Shown: piece by piece, positions 9,356 to 15,203 of the stretch | How positions within the stretch are numbered: position 1 is the stretch's first letter | How the letters are laid out: each line of letters begins with the position of its first letter | Source of the DNA: a virus | Lineage: Duplodnaviria > Caudoviricetes | Virus record (IMG/VR): IMGVR_UViG_3300042387_001520 | Span: 1 to 30,149 of that record | DNA length: 30,149 nt | Strand: one strand, 5' to 3' | Notes under the pieces: generated by a model | What the model was told of the DNA's origin: nothing | The model's input: the letters and a program-made list of their open reading frames with translations, nothing else | The model's database searches: none | Made by a program: the position numbers and the translations under genes

Positions 9356-9394
9356 TTGTGGTTGGTTCGTTCATTATTATTGACTTATGTTTAA

Positions 9395-9418
9395 GGTCGC
9401 CACTTTGGAGGCCACTTG
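9395..9418 (+). repeat. Integrase arm-type sites, tandem pair GGTCGCCACTTT GGAGGCCACTTG
   Basis: 12-bp direct repeats on the other side of the core, same orientation as the left-arm copies. Confidence 0.75.
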
Positions 9419-9661
9419 CTACTTGCGGATTTGTCGCCATTCCTCGGGGTCGGGGCGTTCGGGGCGGCCGGTGGCGGTGTTGAGTTGGCGGCGGATCCAG
9501 GCGCTGAGTTTTTCGGGCTTGGCGGCTCGGACCCAGGCGGATTTTTCTTCGGGGTAGCAGAAGAAGAGGATTTTGCTGGTCATGTTTTCGGCTCCCTCGG
9601 GGTCGCGTGCGTTGTTGCGGTTTCCGGTGTTGCCGTGGGGTTCGTTGAGGTCGGGTGTCAT
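9419..9661 (-). CDS. Small DNA-binding protein, RHH-like
   Basis: HGNTGNRNNA N-terminus, then a beta strand (SKILFFC) and two helices (PEEKSAWVRAA, KLSAWIRRQLN); last gene of the leftward operon, abutting attP. Confidence 0.6.
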   Translation of the reverse strand: MTPDLNEPHGNTGNRNNARDPEGAENMTSKILFFCYPEEKSAWVRAAKPEKLSAWIRRQLNTATGRPERPDPEEWRQIRK

Positions 9662-9831
9662 TGATTAAATGGGATGGGATGTTTTAACAGGATTTTCTCG
9701 GCGCTGGCTACAGCTTGGGCTAAAAAGTTGAGGTTGGCGGCGAGGCTGGAGGGGTTTTCTATGTCGCGCAAGACAAGCTTGGCCGTGTCGGTGAGCAATG
9801 CCAGGGCGTTGTAGATTTTTAAGGTTTCCAT
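9658..9831 (-). CDS. Hypothetical protein (57 aa, METLKIYNALALL...)
   Basis: Not in the ORF track; translated by hand; ATGA overlap with 9419..9661. Confidence 0.6.
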   Translation of the reverse strand: METLKIYNALALLTDTAKLVLRDIENPSSLAANLNFLAQAVASAEKILLKHPIPFNQ

Positions 9832-9894
9832 TGATGAGGTGCCGGAAATCGTCCGGCGCGGGTTGAGTTTTTATGGGGTGGGGTGAGTTTGGGT

Positions 9895-10089
9895 TTAAAT
9901 TTTGCGCCCTTCAGACATGCCGGAATTAGGCTCGGGGGTAATTACCGGCTGGCCATCCACCAGGGCGGGCAGAATTTCGGCGTCGTCGGCGGCCAGCTCG
10001 GCCGCCGTGGTGATGCCGGGCTCGATGTCGAGACGGGCAAGCGCCGCCTCCATCGAGGAGGCGGCGCGGGTGAGTTGCTCGGGGGTCAT
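9895..10089 (-). CDS. Hypothetical protein
   Basis: 64 aa; ATGA overlap with the upstream gene in the leftward operon. Confidence 0.55.
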   Translation of the reverse strand: MTPEQLTRAASSMEAALARLDIEPGITTAAELAADDAEILPALVDGQPVITPEPNSGMSEGRKI

Positions 10090-10466
10090 TTTAGAATTAC
10101 GCGGAAAGCGGGATTGTTTCCGTAATCGACATGATCGGATGTCCCGTCTTGAACGACTTCGGCGACGCCTGGCATTTTTTCAATTTGGGAAATGATGTTG
10201 TCCCGGGCGTTGCCTCGCTTGAGTTCGTCGGCTGCCGAAAAGGTTCGGAAGGCGTAAATGTCGAGTGAGATCCAAAGCGTTCCCTCGTCGATGGCTTCTT
10301 GCAAAGTTGTGTCGGCGTGGATGCTTCCGTCTTCGTTGTTTGGAACGCAAAGGATTTGGGCGATTTCCTCGGGCTTTTCGAGGTTGTTGATAGCGTCGAG
10401 GAGGGCGTTTATTTCTTGAATTTTCATTTTGTGGCTTGGTTTGGTTGGTTTTTTGGTTTGTGTCAA
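10086..10466 (-). CDS. Hypothetical protein
   Basis: 126 aa ORF (alternative ATG at 10427), operon-coupled. Confidence 0.6.
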   Translation of the reverse strand: MTQTKKPTKPSHKMKIQEINALLDAINNLEKPEEIAQILCVPNNEDGSIHADTTLQEAIDEGTLWISLDIYAFRTFSAADELKRGNARDNIISQIEKMPGVAEVVQDGTSDHVDYGNNPAFRVILK

Positions 10467-10792
10467 TAGTCGGCTGGCTCGCCGGTGGCGGCGGCGATGG
10501 CTTCGGCGATCTGGTCGCGGAGCTGCTCGCCCTCGGTCTCGGGCGTCGTAGGTTCAAGGGCGGCGCGGAGTGCTTCGAGCATCTGCGGAGCGGCGGCGAT
10601 CAAGCGGGCGTTGGCAAGCGGTTCCTCTAAATGTGGGGCGTGGGCTGCAACATTGATATTTGCGATTGAAAGGGGCCCTTGCGGGTGGTCGTCTCCCCTT
10701 GGGTCAATTATTCGGAGGATGCTTTGCGCAGAGTCAAATGCATCCGATTCAAAGTAAACGCGCCAAGGGCCGGGTGTGTGTTGCGTGCTCAT
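10463..10792 (-). CDS. Conserved phage early protein (HTPGPW...ANARLIAAAP family)
   Basis: MSTQHTPGPW ... EPLANARLIAAAPQMLEAL is a recurring phage early-gene signature; start at ATG 10792. Confidence 0.75.
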   Translation of the reverse strand: MSTQHTPGPWRVYFESDAFDSAQSILRIIDPRGDDHPQGPLSIANINVAAHAPHLEEPLANARLIAAAPQMLEALRAALEPTTPETEGEQLRDQIAEAIAAATGEPADY

Positions 10793-10983
10793 AGGTTGGC
10801 GGAGATTTCGTGGGCTGCTTCTTTGTTTGTTTTGAGGTCGGCGATTTTTGCTGGCGGGTTGGCGGCGTTTACAAATTCCAGGATGACCTGGGGACATGTA
10901 ACGCGGCCGGCTTCGATGAGTTGGGCCAGCGTCAAGCCGGTCCAGTTTTTAAATTCCAATGTTTTTAGTGCTGTGGTGCTCAT
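10789..10983 (-). CDS. Hypothetical protein
   Basis: 64 aa, ATGA-coupled to the downstream gene. Confidence 0.6.
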   Translation of the reverse strand: MSTTALKTLEFKNWTGLTLAQLIEAGRVTCPQVILEFVNAANPPAKIADLKTNKEAAHEISANL

Positions 10984-11027
10984 GTTTTGAAAGGTGGCGA
11001 GGGGATCGGACCCTCGCCGGGTTGAGA

Positions 11028-11894
11028 TTAGGCGGTTTTCAGTTTCTTCATTTCCTCAGCCAGTGCCCACAGGGCGCGGTTGATGTTGGTGTTTTGGTCG
11101 ATGCCTCCGATTTCGCGGGTGCGGCGGCGGGCTACGAGGCGGCCGTTTTCGTTGCGTTGGACATAGCCAAGGCCACCACGGACGAGGTTTTCTTGAACTG
11201 CGTTTAATGTGTTCCACATGGTCGGGGCTGCGTCCTCATGGCGCCGGAGGGTGAGGATCTGCTCGGCTTTGACGGGTGCGGGCTTCTCGGGGTCGTCATA
11301 TCTGGCGACCAGGGCGGCGCGGGCAAATGCTTGTTGCTCGCCTGGGGTGAGTCGGAGGGCGTCCATTTCGCGGATGCTCTCGGAGACCTCGGGGAGCCGG
11401 TCGAGGATGCTGATGCAACCCTCGATGACTTGGCCCTCGATGTTTCCTTTGTGGGGGATGCGGATGTCGTCGATGAGGTTTTGAGCAACTACCATGCCGT
11501 TGCCACAGATGAGGCGGAAAACTCCGGCCATGAGGCGGTAGGATGAAGTTCCGTCATGCGAATTTAACAGAACGATCTCGTTATGCGTGCCGCCGACTTG
11601 GAGCGGCTGGCTATCGTGGCGGAGGCGGATGAGGTGCTTTGTGAACCCGCGTTTTTCTTCCTCCCTGCTGCCGCCTTGCATGACTGCGTAAGGGCGGAAG
11701 CCCTGCCGGGCAAGGCCGGTGAGAATTTCGCTCGTTGGAATGTATTTGTATGCGGCGGACCGGCTGCCGTGGGCCTGCTCGGCGAATACCGATGGCGCAA
11801 TCTGGCGGAGGCGTTCGGGTTCGATGGATCCGGTGCGGCTGGTGAAGTTCACCGCGCCGTTGCTGCGTGTCCTGGCGAATCGTGTGATTGTCAT
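11028..11894 (-). CDS. DUF932-family protein
   Basis: RSAAYKYIPT, GFTKHLIRLR, EIVLLNSHDGTSSYRLMAGVFRLICGNGMV and WNTLNAVQENL match the plasmid/ICE/phage DUF932 family. Confidence 0.85.
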   Translation of the reverse strand: MTITRFARTRSNGAVNFTSRTGSIEPERLRQIAPSVFAEQAHGSRSAAYKYIPTSEILTGLARQGFRPYAVMQGGSREEEKRGFTKHLIRLRHDSQPLQVGGTHNEIVLLNSHDGTSSYRLMAGVFRLICGNGMVVAQNLIDDIRIPHKGNIEGQVIEGCISILDRLPEVSESIREMDALRLTPGEQQAFARAALVARYDDPEKPAPVKAEQILTLRRHEDAAPTMWNTLNAVQENLVRGGLGYVQRNENGRLVARRRTREIGGIDQNTNINRALWALAEEMKKLKTA

Positions 11895-11909
11895 AATATG
11901 GGGCCTTTC

Positions 11910-12077
11910 TTAAACGGTGCGGTTGAGGATTGCGGTGGAGAGGCCGAACAGCAGAAACCCAGTCAGGCCGAGCATGAACGCTTCGGGGCCGTGAATAAGG
12001 GTGAACGACGAGCCAAGCGCAAGGCTGGCGGTGGATGCTGTAGCGAGTGTCACAGCGAGGATGGTTTTTAGTTTCAT
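11910..12077 (-). CDS. Small membrane protein (55 aa, two hydrophobic segments)
   Basis: Translated by hand: MKLKTILAVTLATASTASLALGSSFTLIHGPEAFMLGLTGFLLFGLSTAILNRTV; not in the ORF track. Confidence 0.6.
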   Translation of the reverse strand: MKLKTILAVTLATASTASLALGSSFTLIHGPEAFMLGLTGFLLFGLSTAILNRTV

Positions 12078-12138
12078 TTATTGTTCCAGGATTCGCCTGG
12101 CCGAGGTCTTTATTTTTTCCAGTTTCGCTGGACCGAGG
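12078..12138 (-). repeat. Two 29-nt direct repeats, each containing a 5-bp hairpin with a CGAAW loop
   Basis: Minus strand: CCTCGG-TCCAG-CGAAA-CTGGA-AAAAATAA (12110-12138) and CCTCGG-CCAGG-CGAAT-CCTGG-AACAATAA (12078-12106). Confidence 0.8.
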
Positions 12139-12164
12139 CGGGCCGTGGTTGGCTCGCTTGGAAA

Positions 12165-12195
12165 TGAATCTATAAAGATTCAAAAGGGGCGCAAG
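12165..12195 (-). promoter_or_regulatory. Putative leftward early promoter with overlapping palindromic operator
   Basis: Minus strand TTGCGC-N16-TAGATT with an AT-rich upstream tract; palindrome TGAATCT-ATAA-AGATTCA at 12165-12182. Confidence 0.5.
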
Positions 12196-12279
12196 AATTA
12201 TTTTTATTTTTTTTGAAAATATTTTTTCAGAAAGTGCTTGACACTCGCGGAGGCTGATAAAATGAGGCTCTGCGGGTGG

Positions 12280-12678
12280 CTATGGAAATTTGGCCAGCGG
12301 TTTTTTCTTTTCGTATCCCCAGTAAAGTTCTTGGACGGGGGAAATGATTGCGATGCGTTGCGGGGGCATTTCGTCGGGTAGAAATATCTCGGCGGTGCGG
12401 TCGCCGTTGGGCCAGCGGGCGCGGAAAATGTGACTGAGTGCGCCGGTCTCGGGCCAGCGTGGGCGGCCGCTTGCGGTGAGGTCGGGGCGGATTTTTAGCG
12501 TCACGGGGGCAGCGCCCAGGACATTGCCATTCCAATCAACGATGCCGCCGGGTGGGCTGGTTTCAATGAGGATTTCCATGGGCGGCGCAACTGGCCGGGC
12601 TCGCGGTGCGTAGGTCTCGGGCTCAGGGCTGGCGCAGGCCGCAAGGAGGAGGGCGAGCAGGGCGAGAAGTGGTTTCAT
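12280..12678 (-). CDS. Lipoprotein with PEGA-like domain
   Basis: MKPLLALLALLLAAC is a signal peptide II with lipobox LAAC; ILIETSPPGGIVDWNGNVLGAAPVTL resembles PEGA. Confidence 0.75.
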   Translation of the reverse strand: MKPLLALLALLLAACASPEPETYAPRARPVAPPMEILIETSPPGGIVDWNGNVLGAAPVTLKIRPDLTASGRPRWPETGALSHIFRARWPNGDRTAEIFLPDEMPPQRIAIISPVQELYWGYEKKKPLAKFP

Positions 12679-12703
12679 GGGCTGGTTAGGTCGTGGATTT
12701 CGC

Positions 12704-13015
12704 TTATCCAGCCTGGCGGGAGTTCGGGGTTGTCTGAGTTGATAATCCACCATCGGAGGTTTGCAATGGATTCACCACATTCTGGGCATTGTCCTGGGGA
12801 GGATGGTTTCCCTGCGGGTTTGTTCTGGTAGTGGTTTTTGCGTAGCAGGCAGATTCTGATGCCGCCTCTGTAAGTGCAGCACGCGCCCAGCCGCCGCGAG
12901 TCAGCCCGCTTCGGGCTGCCAGTGCGTCGATTTGCTCCATGGTTTTTTCGTCCACCGAGGTAGAAATAGACACGGACCCTTTCCCTACTCCGTGCCCGGT
13001 TTTTTCTTTTCTCAT
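12704..13015 (-). CDS. Ribbon-helix-helix (CopG/Arc-like) regulator, putative immunity repressor
   Basis: VSISTSVDEKTMEQIDALAARSGLTRGGWARAAL follows the RHH strand-helix-G-x-T/S-R-helix pattern; divergent from the early rightward operon. Confidence 0.7.
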   Translation of the reverse strand: MRKEKTGHGVGKGSVSISTSVDEKTMEQIDALAARSGLTRGGWARAALTEAASESACYAKTTTRTNPQGNHPPQDNAQNVVNPLQTSDGGLSTQTTPNSRQAG

Positions 13016-13063
13016 AAGAGACTTGTAAAGCAGGAAAAATTTCTTTCAATTTTTTTGTTGCAT

Positions 13064-13164
13064 TCTCACGAGAAACCTACGAGAAACGAGGAAGTGAGGT
13101 GAACACCCCACTTGACCACATGAAAACTCTACAAACTCAAATCTCACGAGAAATCCACGAGAAA
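13064..13164. promoter_or_regulatory. Duplicated operator-like sites TCTCACGAGAAAnCyACGAGAAA
   Basis: 13064-13086 and 13142-13164 match at 21/23. Each has two ACGAGAAA units 11 bp apart and a TCTC-AC-GAGA palindrome. Confidence 0.7.
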
Positions 13165-13266
13165 ATCGAGCAGATGGCCAAGCGCCAAATGATCAGCCGG
13201 GCCGCCGTTGTGCGGCAACTCTTAGCAAAAGCCGTTGAGAAAGCGACAGCGGAGGGCCAGATATGA
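13120..13266 (+). CDS. Ribbon-helix-helix regulator (48 aa), Cro-position gene
   Basis: Translated by hand: MKTLQTQISREIHEKIEQMAKRQMISRAAVVRQLLAKAVEKATAEGQI; not in the ORF track. Confidence 0.75.
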   Translation: MKTLQTQISREIHEKIEQMAKRQMISRAAVVRQLLAKAVEKATAEGQI

Positions 13267-13409
13267 GCCGCCTTTTTTTGTGCCGGGCGATGGATCCGCT
13301 GCGGGGTCCGTTTGGCGACTATGTGCGGGCGACATCCGCAAAGGCTGCGCGGGCGCGTTTTTTTGAAATTTTTGGACTTAGGCCGTTTTCGGTGGAGGTG
13401 GACAAATGA
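13263..13409 (+). CDS. Hypothetical protein (48 aa)
   Basis: MSRLFLCRAMDPLRGPFGDYVRA...; ATGA overlaps at both ends. Confidence 0.6.
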   Translation: MSRLFLCRAMDPLRGPFGDYVRATSAKAARARFFEIFGLRPFSVEVDK

Positions 13410-13513
13410 TCACCCCTGATGCGATTCATTTTATCGGTTGGACCTGGGAAGCGCTGTGCGCTCTTGGACCGGCTGCGGCGCTGGCGTTGCTCGCCTGGAG
13501 GATCGGGGAATGA
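13406..13513 (+). CDS. Small hydrophobic protein (35 aa)
   Basis: MITPDAIHFIGWTWEALCALGPAAALALLAWRIGE; ATGA overlaps at both ends. Confidence 0.55.
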   Translation: MITPDAIHFIGWTWEALCALGPAAALALLAWRIGE

Positions 13514-13734
13514 TTGAGCAGCATTATAGCCCGGCCCAGCTCTGCAAGCTGCTTAGTCTTTCCAGGTCGGCGGTGCAATCGAGGCTCTATGACGGGACTT
13601 TTCCTCATGTCCGCCTGGGTGATCGCATTTTGATTCCGGAGTCCAGCATCAAGCGGGTGCTCGAGGAAGGCCGCATTGGTGGCTCGGTGTATCTCCGCCC
13701 TGGTCGCAAACCGTGGGCCGCGTCGCTCACTTAG
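13510..13734 (+). CDS. Excisionase-like winged HTH protein (HTH_17)
   Basis: YSPAQLCKLLSLSRSAVQSRLYDGTFPHVRLGDRILIPESSI matches the Xis/HTH_17 pattern; start at ATG 13510. Confidence 0.8.
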   Translation: MIEQHYSPAQLCKLLSLSRSAVQSRLYDGTFPHVRLGDRILIPESSIKRVLEEGRIGGSVYLRPGRKPWAASLT

Positions 13735-13756
13735 CGCCGCCGCTTTTTTGTTTTTT

Positions 13757-14593
13757 ATGGAATCCCCTTTGATGAAAGCCGACGCCTTAGAATCTGCCGC
13801 GCCTTTTCTTTTTGCGGAGGCGGAAATCGGGGCTGAGAAGCTCGAAGCCACGGGAGAGTTTAGCGGTGAGCGGTTGCTTGCCCGTCGGCCGGAGGTTTAC
13901 CGGGCGATCTGCCGCATGAGCGCCGAGGGGCTGAGTATGTCGGCCATGGCTCGGGCGTTGGGAGTGAGTAGGAACACGGTGGCGGCCGTCCAAGAGCGGG
14001 AACAATTTCCTATAGAGCAGCAGAAAAAGGAGTTGCTCAAGAATGTGAGGACTGCGGCCCGCCTTTCGGTGGAGCGAGTTGTCGAGTTGGTGCCTTCCAT
14101 CAACAATGCCAAAGATGCGGCCATCGTCGCTGCGGTGATGGTGGACAAGCTCCAGTTGCTTTCGGGTGAGGCCACAGCCCGAGTGGAGCGAGTCGAGGTT
14201 AACCAGGATAAACTCTCGGAGATGCTGGCCAGCCTGCCGGTGCTCGAGGCTGAGGTGCTGCCGGTAACCGGTCCACACGGGAGCGGGTCGGGACAAAAGG
14301 GGTCGGGCGGATCGGGCGGATTGGACGGATCTGGGAGCGCTGCCGATGCGGTCTCTGATACCGAATCAGAAGGCTCTAACTACGCAGGAGGGCTGCGGGT
14401 CGCCACTTTGGATGCCACCTGCGCCGTCGAGCCGGTCGAGGTCGAGGCCGTGGCGGTCGATCAGGAGGGGGGGAGGGGGTCTGGATTTTCGGACACCCCC
14501 CCTATGACACCCACTGATTTGGGTGAGCGGAAAATTTTATGCAAAGGGGTCTCTTCGTCGCAGGAGGCCGCTGAGGAGCTTTCAACTAACTAA
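13757..14593 (+). CDS. HTH protein, putative terminase small subunit, with low-complexity C-terminal tail
   Basis: HTH GLSMSAMARALGVSRNTVAAV, then a helical region KDAAIVAAVMVDKLQLLSGEATARVE reminiscent of TerS oligomerisation segments; the tail overlaps G-run/C-run DNA. The TerS call is inference. Confidence 0.55.
   Translation: MESPLMKADALESAAPFLFAEAEIGAEKLEATGEFSGERLLARRPEVYRAICRMSAEGLSMSAMARALGVSRNTVAAVQEREQFPIEQQKKELLKNVRTAARLSVERVVELVPSINNAKDAAIVAAVMVDKLQLLSGEATARVERVEVNQDKLSEMLASLPVLEAEVLPVTGPHGSGSGQKGSGGSGGLDGSGSAADAVSDTESEGSNYAGGLRVATLDATCAVEPVEVEAVAVDQEGGRGSGFSDTPPMTPTDLGERKILCKGVSSSQEAAEELSTN
14354..14421 (+). other. Second att-like site (core mimic plus arm-type repeat pair) inside the putative terS
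   Basis: TCTGA-TACCGAA-TCAGAAGG (14354-14373) and GGTCGCCACTTT GGATGCCACCTG (14398-14421). Confidence 0.6.
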
Positions 14594-14596
14594 CCT

Positions 14597-14884
14597 ATGG
14601 CTGACTCAAAAAATAAAAAAAACGCGGCGGTGGCCGCTGCTGTGACTCCGGAGGCGGTGACGCCTGATCCGGTGAAGGTGAAGGTGTATCGCCCGACTCC
14701 GAACCGCTACTTGGTGCAGGTGCAAATTCCTACGGGCGAGGCGGGCACGATGCGCGTGGCGCTCATGCGCGTGAAGGACAGCCGGTTCTACCGCCCTGGT
14801 GAGATGATTCCGGCGCTGCCTGGAGAGCGCGATATTTGGGCTCCTCTCAAACAACGGTTTTCTCCTGCTATTGGCACTTTATGA
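14597..14884 (+). CDS. Hypothetical protein
   Basis: 95 aa, beta-rich, operon-coupled. Confidence 0.65.
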   Translation: MADSKNKKNAAVAAAVTPEAVTPDPVKVKVYRPTPNRYLVQVQIPTGEAGTMRVALMRVKDSRFYRPGEMIPALPGERDIWAPLKQRFSPAIGTL

Positions 14885-14976
14885 AAAAAACAACAACCCT
14901 GTTTCAGTCTGCGGCTGTGAGCGTTGCGCTCTATCGCCGTTTTATTGAGCAAAAAAAAACGGCCCCGAAAAAATGA
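14881..14976 (+). CDS. Small hypothetical protein (31 aa)
   Basis: MKKTTTLFQSAAVSVALYRRFIEQKKTAPKK; ATGA overlaps at both ends. Confidence 0.45.
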   Translation: MKKTTTLFQSAAVSVALYRRFIEQKKTAPKK

Positions 14977-15203
14977 AAATAACCACAGAGAACACAGAGA
15001 ACACGGAGATGGAGTGGCGGGATGCTTCAGTGACGCTTCCTGACGATGGCGAGACGGTCATCATTCACACGCTGGGCGGTGAGGTTTGGACGGGATTCCT
15101 TGACGGAGACATCTGGCGCAATGTCGCCGGGTATCGCATTCACGAGGAGGAGCCGGTTTTGCATTGGATGCCGCTTCCAAATCCCCCGAAGGAGGCAAAA
15201 TGA
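14973..15203 (+). CDS. DUF551-like protein
   Basis: WRDASVTLPDDGETVII ... VLHWMPLPNPP signature. Confidence 0.8.
   Translation: MKITTENTENTEMEWRDASVTLPDDGETVIIHTLGGEVWTGFLDGDIWRNVAGYRIHEEEPVLHWMPLPNPPKEAK

Noticed and set aside
9313-9390. Complete tRNA-Arg gene
   Set aside because: Only the anticodon loop to the acceptor 3' strand is present. Where the D-arm and 5' acceptor strand should be there is unrelated AT-rich sequence, so it is an att core.
12078-12138. Mini CRISPR array
   Set aside because: Only two non-identical units separated by 3 nt; no spacer-length sequence and no cas genes.
13101-13114. Additional arm-type site GAACACCCCACTTG before the Cro-position gene
   Set aside because: Needs a gap and mismatches to fit the 12-bp consensus and is unpaired; could be chance.
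9355-14360. Inversion of this segment as the explanation of its G-rich plus strand
   Set aside because: G-richness continues beyond the second site (e.g. 15421-15480 has G24/C16) and the 7-bp spacers do not match, so skew alone does not support a past inversion.
14464-14480. G-quadruplex
   Set aside because: Only two long G-runs, and a complementary C-run follows, favouring a hairpin or duplex signal.
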